A stretch of 64,000 nucleotides of DNA from an uncultured delta proteobacterium (lineage in GTDB: Bacteria > Desulfobacterota > Binatia > Bin18): NCBI GenBank assembly GCA_963733195.1, contig CAVTCR010000003.1, positions 1-64,000 on the forward strand, written 5' to 3'. The notes beneath the pieces were generated by a model that saw only the letters and a program-made list of their open reading frames with translations, did no database searches and was not told the DNA's origin. This document shows positions 55,248 through 64,000 of the stretch, in pieces. Position numbers and translations under genes: made by a program. Each line of letters opens with the position of its first letter. Position 1 is the first letter of the stretch.

Positions 55248-55823
55248 TCAGCGCAGCACGCCAGCGGCTTTTGCCGTGTGCGTCGCAATCGCATCCATCA
55301 ACGGCGGAGATAAACAATCATAGGGTTCGAGGCCAAGCTCTCTCACTCTGGCTCTGATCGCGCTCATGTCATTGGGGTTGGCTCCGGACTCGATAATAGA
55401 AGAAACAAAAGCCGCGAATTCCGGTGGTGCCCAACCTGCATCGGCTGAGAGTTCTGTGTGAATAAAATCCAAGCCGAAGAACGGATGCTTGTCGTTATCG
55501 ATGCGTCCGTACATGTGCACTCCGCACTCTTTGCAAGCGTAGCGTTTGATGACTGCGCTCGGATCCACGACTTTTAACTTGTCCTCATTAGCTGTCACTT
55601 TGAGGTTAACACGCGGCACCACTGCCACCTGCGAGAACAGCGCACCTGCTGGCTTCCAGCACTTGGTGCATCCACAGATGTGGTTATGAGCGCACTGGCC
55701 GGTAATCGCTACTGCGACCTTCTTGTTAGAGCAATGGCAGGATAGCGTCCCGCCCGCGAAGTTTGCTGCAGCAGGTTTCGCACCCTGATCGACCGCTGGA
55801 TGTATGGCAATAGTTTTGGACAT
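55248..55823 (-). CDS. gfa: Glutathione-dependent formaldehyde-activating enzyme
   Basis: [45 protein letters not shown]. Confidence 0.92.
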   Translation of the reverse strand: MSKTIAIHPAVDQGAKPAAANFAGGTLSCHCSNKKVAVAITGQCAHNHICGCTKCWKPAGALFSQVAVVPRVNLKVTANEDKLKVVDPSAVIKRYACKECGVHMYGRIDNDKHPFFGLDFIHTELSADAGWAPPEFAAFVSSIIESGANPNDMSAIRARVRELGLEPYDCLSPPLMDAIATHTAKAAGVLR

Positions 55824-55989
55824 GACTGATTCCCTCCTTTTCGGTCATTTCCTATCGACTTTTTTACGAGGTTGCACTCAAGTTTCCGCGCATCCTTCTG
55901 TAGCCATTAGCAGAAACATGCCTCAATCGGTAGACCGAACCCCACGATGGAGCGGATTCTCAACCCTCATGACGTGAGCTTAGCCACTA

Positions 55990-56595
55990 CTATGCTGCCG
56001 TGCTCGGACGCTGCTGTATCGCGTTATACCAGCGGTCGAGGTGCCTCCACGCTGGATCGAGCCTAAACTGCGACGCAGCAGCGAAGTCAATTCCGACAAA
56101 CAGTGTAATATCAGCAAGTGAGAACAGTCCGGCGACCCACTCGTGCTCTTTGAGCTGATTGTTGATCAGCGCCAGACGATTGCGCAGCACCTGTCCAGCC
56201 TCTTCTACCACCTTCGCGTTCTGCTCGACCCGTGTGGCAAAAAAGGGGTTGGAATGAAAGAACCGCCGAGTGGCCTGCAGGAACACCCCCAACTCACAGC
56301 GACGTTCCCATGCCCGTACCAGCGCCCGGCTCACCAGGTCTGTTCCCAACAGCGGCGGCTCCGGATGGAGTTCCTCGATGTACTCGATGATTGCCAGTGA
56401 CTCCGGGATCACAGTACCATCATCAAGCTCAAGAATGGGAACCGCCCCAAAAGGATTACGTTGTAAGAACTCGGGTGACTGCTGTTCTCTAGACAGTAGA
56501 TTCACCGGCTCTACTGGCACGGTCAGTCCCTTTTCAGCCAGATATATGCGCACTTTGCGACAGTTGGGTGATTGAGGAAAGTCGAAGAGTTTCAT
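55990..56595 (-). CDS. Glutathione S-transferase
   Basis: SPNCRKVRIYLAEKG, NPFGAVPIL, ESLAI, FSLADI. Confidence 0.9.
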   Translation of the reverse strand: MKLFDFPQSPNCRKVRIYLAEKGLTVPVEPVNLLSREQQSPEFLQRNPFGAVPILELDDGTVIPESLAIIEYIEELHPEPPLLGTDLVSRALVRAWERRCELGVFLQATRRFFHSNPFFATRVEQNAKVVEEAGQVLRNRLALINNQLKEHEWVAGLFSLADITLFVGIDFAAASQFRLDPAWRHLDRWYNAIQQRPSTAA

Positions 56596-56639
56596 CGTCG
56601 TCTTATCCTTTCCTGCCAGTGTGTCGTGCTGTGCCCAGG

Positions 56640-56900
56640 TCACGTGCCGTACTTCTTGGAAGGCTTCTCGCGCACGGCCAGCGGCGCGGTCGATGCGGTG
56701 ATGCCCTCCAATACTACCGACGGCAGCTTCCCAGCGCCTAAAACTTCCTTGGCGTCCAGAATCTCGATGCCCACGAGCTTTTCGCCCTTGCCGATATTGA
56801 GGGCAATTTCCTCGTTCAACCGCACAGTGCGGCACTCGTGCTTGCCTTCGATCAGGCGAATGTAGAGGGCGTCAATTTCGGAATCGTAGCTAATTCTCAT
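56640..56900 (-). CDS. DUF2283 family protein (antitoxin-like)
   Basis: MRISYDSEIDALYIRL..LVGIEILDA. Confidence 0.85.
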   Translation of the reverse strand: MRISYDSEIDALYIRLIEGKHECRTVRLNEEIALNIGKGEKLVGIEILDAKEVLGAGKLPSVVLEGITASTAPLAVREKPSKKYGT

Positions 56901-57150
56901 GGCTCGCCGGCAAGACAGACTCATTTTGCATAAGGGCGCGCGCGTGCGTAATCTCGCGCTTGCCTACCGCACGCACCTGCGATGCTTCCACAGTCACCAC
57001 TGCGGCGGTCTTGCCTTCGAGAGTCGTGAACTCCACTTCATAAGCGCCGCCGTCCCGATAGACATGCACCACTGTTCCCACATCGCCCGCCTCCAACCCG
57101 ACGGAAGGGACGGGTGCCTTCAATACCACTCGATCATGTTCCTTGATCAT
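56890..57150 (-). CDS. DUF4926 family protein
   Basis: IKEHDRVVL..GLEAGDVGTVVHVY..AYEVEF..EITHAR. Confidence 0.85.
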   Translation of the reverse strand: MIKEHDRVVLKAPVPSVGLEAGDVGTVVHVYRDGGAYEVEFTTLEGKTAAVVTVEASQVRAVGKREITHARALMQNESVLPASHEN

Positions 57151-57158
57151 ATTGTCTC

Positions 57159-57409
57159 TCACTCCTCATAAGGATAAGCCGTGACCAGTCGCGGCATGTC
57201 CGCCCCGCGCTCCACAATCCAAATGGTTTGCACCATCGCCACTCTACCGCTCGGCGATTCAATTTTGCCAACTATAACATATCACGCTGAAACCCGAGTC
57301 CCTCGAAAAACTGTGCTTTGCCGCCATTGTCGGGATGACCAGCGTTGAGCAGGTAGCTAACGATCTTGTCACGCTCCACCACGGTATTGTCGGCGTTGGG
57401 CAATTTCAT
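57159..57409 (-). pseudogene. DUF6883-like protein with an internal deletion/frameshift
   Basis: MKLPNADNTVVERDKIVSYLLNAGHPDNGGKAQFFEGLGF jumps frame to YVIVGKIESPSGR..TIWIVE..PRLVTAYP. The central helix appears to be missing. Confidence 0.7.
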
Positions 57410-58681
57410 CTCTGCCCGCTCTCCTCCACCAGCTTGATTTCTTCAGGCGTCAGGTCGTAGAGCTTATACACAAGCTGGTCAATCTCCCGCTCCAGGGCCG
57501 ACACGTCCGCCACTGGCGTCGCGCTTGCTTAGCCGCCAACACCCGCTCCACCAAGCCCACCAATACCGCACGTTCCACAGGCGAGGCAGGCGGAATGGGA
57601 ATCTGTTCGACATACTGCGTCCAAAAGCGCAGATAGCCGCCCCGGATTTGGGCGCTCAGGTTGACGTAGAAGTGCTGGACCGCCTTCGCATTCAAAACGG
57701 CCAACAAATACAAATCAGCGGTGGCTGCGCAGTAGGCTGTGTTGCTGAAAAACGCGCCCTTCGTATCCAGGGCGAAGCGCAAATCGTTCGCGATGTCAGG
57801 GAAGATGATTTTCGGCTGAGCGTAGGCGGTGGTGAATTTCTCCTGCGGCTGCTGGAGTTCATACCACGCTTGCTCAGTGGCGCGGCCTTCGAGTTGTTTT
57901 CTGAATGGGCGGAGGTGGTCAAGCACGGCATCCAAGCCCTTCGTTGAAACGCCGTGAGGCATGTAGAGCATCCACTGATCGGGAGCTTCGCACACCCATT
58001 TGCGGACGTGCTTGCCGCCGAGGTAGGGCTTGATGATTCCGGCAGCCTTGGGCGACTCGGTAATGAGCGCGGCTCGTTGCAGTCCGTCGATGATGAAAGC
58101 TTCATTCAAGCCGCTCTTGATGCCCATGAAGATTTTGCCGTCGATGTGTTTGCCCAAAGGTGTGCCGGTGGCTTTCATTTTCTCCAGCAAGCGCAACGTT
58201 GCGGGGGATTCTAGCCGCCAAGCGAAGCCTTTCTGCGGTAATACTGTGGTTGGCAGATGGGCGAAGCGTGGCAGTTCGGCTTCGGTTCTGACGTTGAGCG
58301 TTTGAAAGTAATGGTTCTTCTCCGGCTGGCGGTTGCGGGCGATTACGATGCATGGGTAGGCGGTGGCCTTGAAGATGGGCAAGTCGCCAAAATCTATCAC
58401 TGCGCGCAACTCGGTCTTCGCCGCCAGGAATTCTCTGAGAGGCTCGCCGTAACCAGCGCGGAAGAACTTGTTGGAAGTGATGAAAGAAAGCACTCCGCCT
58501 CCGGCCAGCAGTTGGAAAGCGCAGGCGTAGAAGTAGCAATACAAGTCGGCCCGATCGCTGTGGACGTGGGGATAGCGGGCGCGGAGTCCCGGCTTGAGGT
58601 CTTTGAAAAGTTCCATCCGCACGTATGGTGGGTTGGCGATCACGACATCGAATCCACGCTTCTTGTCAAACACCTCTGAGA

Positions 58682-60137
58682 CTCGACTTTGGCCATTGTC
58701 AGATAGCAGGAGGGGGAAGTCTTCTCTAGGATAGAGTTGCTGTTCCACGGCAAACTCGCACTCTGGAGGTACTCCATGCCCTCACTGCCCGTTGAGATGA
58801 TAGTGCTGCTGGCCCCCTTTGCGCAACTCTTTGCGGACCGGGTCTGGCTGCACGCCCAGGTGCTCGTGGTTGGGGCGATTTTAGCGCCAGGCAAACGCAC
58901 GGTCAGTAGTTGCTTGCGGGTGATGGGGTTGAGCGGGGAGGCGCACTTTACCAACTATCATCGGGTGTTGAACCGTGCGCAGTGGTCGACGTTGCAAGTG
59001 GGGAAGATCATGCTGGGCCTGCTGGTGAGGGCCTTCGTGCCGCCGGGAGCTGTGATCGTGCTGGGGGCGGACGATACGGTGGAGCGGCGCAGCGGGCGCA
59101 AGATCAAGGCGAAGGGCTGTTATCGCGATGCCGTGCGGTCGTCCAAGAAGCACGTGGTGAAGTGTTTTGGGCTGAAGTGGGTGACAATGATGGTGTTAGT
59201 CCCAGTCCCCTGGGCGCAACGCGTGTGGGCGTTGCCCTTTTTGACCGTCCTGTGCTGGCCGCCCAAGTCGCGCCACAAGCGTCGGCACAAGAGTAGTGTG
59301 GACGGAGTCAGGCAGATGATGCAGCAAGTGCGGCGCTGGCTGCCGCAGCGGCTGCTCGTCTTGGTGGTCGATGGTGGGTTTGCCGCGGTGGCTTTAGCTT
59401 TGGCCTGCACCGCTAGTGAGGTGGTGATGGTGAGTCGCTTGCGGCTGGATGCGGCGCTCTACCACCCGCCCGAGCCCCGCCCGGCAAATGCGCCGGGGCG
59501 CAAGCCGACCAAGGGCCCGCGCCAACGGAGTCTGAAGGTCTGGGCGGCACGGACGGATACCCCCTGGGAGTCCGCGGTCGTCGACTGGTATCACGGGGAG
59601 CAGAAAACGCTACAGGTCTTCTCCCGTACGGCGCTGTGGTACACCTCGGGCTGGGCCCCGGTGGCGATTCGCTTTGTGTTGGTGCGCGATCCTGAAGGAC
59701 GGCTGGCGGATGCGGCCTTCTTCTGTACTGACCTCCAGGCTACCCCGATCCAGATCATCGAGTGGGTGGTAATGCGCTGGTCAGTTGAGGTGACATTTGA
59801 AGAGGCCCGCGCTCATCTGGGGCTGGAAACCCAACGTCAGTGGTCCGAGAAAGCGATTGCCCGAACCGCCCCCGTCCTGCTCGGCCTCTTTTCCCTGGTC
59901 ACGCTCCTGGCGCTGCGGTTCTGCCCCACCGGCCACATCCCAGTAGAGACCTCGGCGTGGTATCAAAAATCGACCGCCACCTTCACTGACTGTCTGACTT
60001 TGGTACGGCGCCATCTCTGGCGTGCTCGGTATTTGAACAACTCTGCTCTCCAAACCGACCTCGTGCAATTGTCGCGGGAAGCCTTCGAGTGCTTGCTGGC
60101 GGACCTCCCTCTAGCGGCCTAAATGGTCAAAGTTGAG
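58682..60137 (+). mobile_element. 1456-bp IS element (IS701-like) with 16-bp TIRs and a 5-bp TSD
   Basis: TIRs ctcgactttggccatt / aatggtcaaagttgag (14 of 16 match). TGAGA is duplicated at 58677-58681 and 60138-60142. Confidence 0.93.
58776..60122 (+). CDS. DDE transposase (IS701-like, DDE_5)
   Basis: GADDTVERR, VVDGGFA, RWSVEVTFEE; intact ORF with GGAGG RBS. Confidence 0.9.
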   Translation: MPSLPVEMIVLLAPFAQLFADRVWLHAQVLVVGAILAPGKRTVSSCLRVMGLSGEAHFTNYHRVLNRAQWSTLQVGKIMLGLLVRAFVPPGAVIVLGADDTVERRSGRKIKAKGCYRDAVRSSKKHVVKCFGLKWVTMMVLVPVPWAQRVWALPFLTVLCWPPKSRHKRRHKSSVDGVRQMMQQVRRWLPQRLLVLVVDGGFAAVALALACTASEVVMVSRLRLDAALYHPPEPRPANAPGRKPTKGPRQRSLKVWAARTDTPWESAVVDWYHGEQKTLQVFSRTALWYTSGWAPVAIRFVLVRDPEGRLADAAFFCTDLQATPIQIIEWVVMRWSVEVTFEEARAHLGLETQRQWSEKAIARTAPVLLGLFSLVTLLALRFCPTGHIPVETSAWYQKSTATFTDCLTLVRRHLWRARYLNNSALQTDLVQLSREAFECLLADLPLAA

Positions 60138-62166
60138 TGAGAAATAGACCTCGAAATCAAAGCTTACCTCATAGCCAAGGCTTCGCTTGGATGCAGCGAA
60201 GCACTCGATGAGTTTTTCATCAATCTGCTTCTTGAGCTTCGCTTTGGCGTCGTGGTCCGATTCGTCGAAGAACTGAAGTTTCAGTTTCTCGATCTCATAA
60301 AGCCTTTGAGATTTGAATGGGAAACCAATTAGCGAATTCCCCGCTACGATCTTGTAGTCCAGATTCGGCAGCGGCTTGATCTGCTTCACGTCTTCCTCGT
60401 CCACGACGAGCGAAAGCCAGAGGCGGAGCTTGGCGATCTCGACCGCGCCAGCGTCAATGTCCACGCCGTAGAGGCAGTTCTGGATGGCGTGGCGCTTGAA
60501 GTGGTAGGGCGTGCGTTCGTGAACGTCGTTGAAGTATGGAGTAAGCGCGGAGCGGGCGCGAACGATCTCGGTCATCATCCCCACCGGGAACGCGCCGGAC
60601 CCGACAGCGGGGTCGCAGATGGTAATCTCGGCCAGTTTTTCATCAATCAGCCGGGCGTGTTTCTCGATGCTCTTGGGCATCTTGATGCGATACTTCGTCT
60701 CGACCGCTTCGTAATGGGAGATTTGCTCGCCGAGATGGACGAACGTTTCGATGTCGGCACGGGGAACAACTTCCTCATACACCGTCGTCTTGAGTGCAGC
60801 TTGCTCCGGCTCGGGTTCGCCAAAAAGTTTGCTTGCTTCGGTTTTCCAGGACGAGGTTCGGCGGTGTTGAGGGCGGTATCGAGGTAGTTGATGAGGCTTT
60901 CCTGACACATGTAGTGGACGATCTCGCGCGGGGTGTAGAATGAGCCGAGACCTTTGCGGCGGTTTTCCTCGATCAGATTTTCAAAGACTTTGCCGAGCAT
61001 TTCGGGGTCAATCGCCACTTCTTTTTCCAGCGGCTCGGCTTCGTTGACGGTGAAGTTGTAGCGGTCAAACACGTCGAGCATGCCGGTGCCGGTAATGCCT
61101 TCCTCGACGAACTCGGTGTTGGTGAACAGTTTGTTGGGCAGGATGATGTCGGTCTTGCGCCAGTCGTAATCGCCGAGCGGCTCAAACAGGCCGCCGTTGA
61201 GGAACGGGATGCGGCATTTGAAACGGTTGCACCACGCTTCGTGGCCGCGGTCGGTGGCAAGCGTGTCGTAAAAGAGCGGTTCGAGGATGTCGTTGAAGAA
61301 ATTGTCGTATTTCCCGTACTCGCCATTGGCCAGCCGCCGCAGGAAGTCGCGCGGGCCGCTGCCCCAGTCCTGTCCCTTGGCGACGCCGAGCCAGCCTTTC
61401 TTCTGGAGGAAGTAGAGGAACACGATCTGGCCCATGAGTTTCTTGGCGAAGTCCACGGTGTTGACGCCCTTGGCCTGTGAACTCGCTCGCCGATGGTCTT
61501 GTCCTTGACGACCAGTTTTTCCAGCGCCTTGTGGATCTCCCCGAACAGCTCTGCGTATTTTTTGAAGAATTCTTTGGTGACGGCCTCGACGCTGAACGCC
61601 TCTTCGATGTCCGCCAGCGCCGGGTCAGTCTCAGTATCTTGAAGCAAATCGAGAAATCGGGTCTGCGCGGTGTGGCAACTTTCGCCTTCGCCGACGATGT
61701 AGGAAAAACGCCGCGCCGGAGTGAGGCGCGTTTCCACACCAACTTTGCCGGAGTCTTTTTCGACGGTGGCGTATTCCATTTTGACGTAGGAGAACCGCCA
61801 CGTCGTTTCCGAAGGCGAGACGAACGCCACGAGGGCGGCATCCTTTTCGTCGCGGGTCTTGAGGTGGTCGGCCACGAAGTTGCGGATGGCGGTGCGGGCC
61901 CGTTCCAGTTTGGACTCATTGGTGAGGTGGACAATCAGAACGTCGAGCTTCTCCTTTTCGGGCGACGTGTACGTGCCGAGGCGCTCGTAGCGTTGGACGT
62001 GGTCCTTGAAGGCATCCTTCACGTACTGGCTGTTCCATGACGCTGCCTTGGACTCATCTACGTGGTTGAGAAGATTCTGGCTGAAGTGAGAGAAACGGTT
62101 CTTGTCGAACGCATGGGTGAATGTCTGACGAATGAGATTGACTGCCTGTTTCTTGTCCATGATTAT

Positions 62167-62514
62167 CTACAGATTGTTGATCCAGTTTTTGAGACTTGCC
62201 ATGACACGCGTGAGCCGAGCCGGTTCCAAAGATCCGATTGCGCCTTGCAAGAGAGAACCTTCAACCACCGCCAGACGACAGACTCGGATCACGCTGGGCA
62301 CAACCAGGCCGGTTCCTGCGAAATCCGGGTCGCTCGAGTTCACGAGTTCATCAAGTCCGGGCGTGGCTTGATGCAGGCGGGAAGAGATGGGGCAGATGAG
62401 CCAGTCGTCGAATTTCCCCGGGCACTTGCCAAGCACAAGGACCGGCCTATTCTTGCCTTGAGAAAGATCGCTGTTCGGCATCTTGACGTAGGCGATATGT
62501 CCCGCCGCAGGCAT
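62167..62514 (-). CDS. PemK/MazF family toxin
   Basis: GHIAYVKMPNSDLSQGKNRPVLVL..ICPISS..TGLVVPSVIR..IGSL. Confidence 0.88.
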   Translation of the reverse strand: MPAAGHIAYVKMPNSDLSQGKNRPVLVLGKCPGKFDDWLICPISSRLHQATPGLDELVNSSDPDFAGTGLVVPSVIRVCRLAVVEGSLLQGAIGSLEPARLTRVMASLKNWINNL

Positions 62515-64000
62515 CAGTAGGGTTCTTTCACAGGAATATTGTCATAGGCTGAAAAGTCCTCATCCTCCATTCCGCGAAATGCAGACTGCAACGCGAACTG
62601 GGACCATGCCTGATCAGTTCCATCTTCGTGGTTGCCGTTGGATACGACCAGCCACGAGGAAAGGATGACTTCACGCGGACTGAGCGTATGGGCAGTCTGT
62701 TGGGCGCGGGTCGGTTGAAATAACAGTGAGGGGATATCTCGCCGGAGAATGCCTAGCACCTTCAGCGGTTCGCTCTCCTTTTTCAACGCTTCGGCGACTG
62801 TTTTGGTAGTGGGTTTGGGGAGCGCGCCGTCAGTCAGAAGTTGAATCACCTGTTGGATGTATGCTTCGTCGTCCTCGGTGAAGCCGTGATAGCGGCGGAT
62901 TTCCTTAGCCTTGAGCCGCTTCAAGATATAGGCGTCGTTCGCGCCGCCTTTATGCCTGGGGATGGCGTCGTCGTTTTCGGGACTGGTGGCGATGGTAAAA
63001 GCGTCCTTGTTTCTGTCGAGCAGAGTATAGAAATCCTGCGGGATTGTCTGCCGCTTCTCTGATGGGTCACCGGGTTTGAGAATTTTGACGGCAGTCAGAA
63101 AATCCAGTTCGGCAGAGTCGGTTGCGCCTTGCTGGGCCAGGTAGAATTTGTCGAGTCGGCCCTGACGGAAGTAGGTCAGCAACGACGGGAACTGTTTGAC
63201 CACGGCGTCCGGCGCAGTGGGGAGCAGTCGGGTGGACCGGGCCTTCTTCGGCAGACGTTTGATGCGGGCAAAAAGCTCGGGGTCCTTGTCGCGGACTTCC
63301 CGGATCTCGGTGAGATACTCCAATTCGCTCTCTTCCTCTTCATCCTCGCCCGTGATGGTCTTCTTGGAGTTCAACTTGGCGAACAAATCGTGTGATTTGA
63401 CTTCTTCGCCCTCGGTCAACAGCCGCGCGTCCGCGCCGAGCATTTCGATGAAGGCATGGATCTTCGCCTCGGCTGCCTCCCTGAGTTTGATGAGGTCGTT
63501 GCTCTCCTCGGTGGGGAAGAAGTTGTAGGTATGGATCGTGTCGAACTTGGTGTCCACGCGGTTCACGCGCCCGACGCGCTGGATGAGACGGGTTGGATTC
63601 CACGGGATGTCGTAATTGATGACGATGTTCGAGCGATGCAGGTTGACGCCTTCGGAGAGGACTTCAGTGCTCACGAGAATGCGGAAATCATCACGCGGGC
63701 GAAAGGCGTTAGCGTCGAAATTCGCAATCACGTCTTTATGGGCCTCTTCGCTGGATTGCCCCGTGAAGAGGATGACCTTGGGCTCGACCTCTTTAGCAAT
63801 CCGGTCGGCAAGATAGGAAGCCGTCTCTTGCGACTCGGTGAAGATAATCAGCTTCCCTTTTTTCAACTTGGGTTGCGAGTTGAGGACTTCACGAAAGGCC
63901 TCCCATTTCGGATCGCGCCCGATCTTCGCCCAGAGTTCCTGAACCTTGCGAAGAATGTTGAAATCGCTCTTGAGGTCGCGAAGGAAATCGGCCGAGAAAT
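62514..64000 (-). CDS. SF2/SNF2-type helicase C-terminal half (RM-associated), 5'-truncated by the window, with an antitoxin-like tail
   Basis: KLIIFTESQETA, STEVLSEGVNL, NYDIPWNPTRLIQRVGRVNR; tail WSQFALQSAFRGMEDED. Confidence 0.9.
   Translation of the reverse strand, partial: FSADFLRDLKSDFNILRKVQELWAKIGRDPKWEAFREVLNSQPKLKKGKLIIFTESQETASYLADRIAKEVEPKVILFTGQSSEEAHKDVIANFDANAFRPRDDFRILVSTEVLSEGVNLHRSNIVINYDIPWNPTRLIQRVGRVNRVDTKFDTIHTYNFFPTEESNDLIKLREAAEAKIHAFIEMLGADARLLTEGEEVKSHDLFAKLNSKKTITGEDEEEESELEYLTEIREVRDKDPELFARIKRLPKKARSTRLLPTAPDAVVKQFPSLLTYFRQGRLDKFYLAQQGATDSAELDFLTAVKILKPGDPSEKRQTIPQDFYTLLDRNKDAFTIATSPENDDAIPRHKGGANDAYILKRLKAKEIRRYHGFTEDDEAYIQQVIQLLTDGALPKPTTKTVAEALKKESEPLKVLGILRRDIPSLLFQPTRAQQTAHTLSPREVILSSWLVVSNGNHEDGTDQAWSQFALQSAFRGMEDEDFSAYDNIPVKEPY

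Larger units (their letters stand above)
57406..62160 (-). pseudogene. Eco57I/TaqI-like adenine methyltransferase with C-terminal TRD (type IIG-like), interrupted by an IS
   Basis: IPFLNGGLF, DPEMLGKVFE, GSFYTPREIV, motif I DPAVGSGAF, YGVDID; then after the IS, GFDVVIANPPY, WYELQ, and EIDQLVYKLYDLTPEEI. Confidence 0.9.

Noticed and set aside
55830-56640. tRNA or att site bounding the defence island
   Set aside because: No tRNA fold, integrase or direct repeat is seen in the window.
57450-58748. 432-aa ORF as an independent methyltransferase
   Set aside because: Its first ~22 residues derive from the IS end; it is the 3' half of the interrupted gene and lacks motif I.
57406-64000. Calling the island BREX or DISARM
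   Set aside because: No pglZ, brxC or drmA/drmB genes are visible, and the helicase N-terminus is outside the window.

Overview
This is a gene-dense bacterial window (genome or MAG). Its gene families (DUF1329, expanded amidohydrolases, cyclase-STAND-TPR proteins) resemble Deltaproteobacteria-like lineages such as Candidatus Binatia/Tectomicrobia; that placement is inference only. Many genes are split by single-base indels that look like long-read consensus errors. From left to right: an NHL-repeat gene, two class III cyclase-STAND-TPR genes flanking an RHH-like/HNH pair, DUF1329, amidohydrolases, LOG, DyP and a divergent K+-independent membrane pyrophosphatase. Next come a catabolic cluster (hydrolase, MFS, MBL, DUF1295, fused CoA-transferase, quinone reductase, amidohydrolase, TPR), yqjG-nhaR/terC, msrB, a TetR-MFP-RND operon, an S1-like gene, glnE, lipid genes and nfo. 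A Tat-Rieske plus atypical PQQ dehydrogenase pair converges on gfa. The right end is a defence island: helicase, PemK/MazF toxin, an Eco57I-like methyltransferase split by an IS701-like element with a 5-bp TSD, and TA remnants. Best novel candidates: (1) the RM helicase carries an antitoxin-like C-terminal peptide and is translationally coupled to a MazF toxin, suggesting a guarded RM system; (2) a Rieske-coupled PQQ dehydrogenase lacking the vicinal disulfide but carrying the lanthanide-type Asp; (3) palindromic and heptamer repeats translated in frame inside proteins. No rRNA, tRNA or CRISPR array was recognised.
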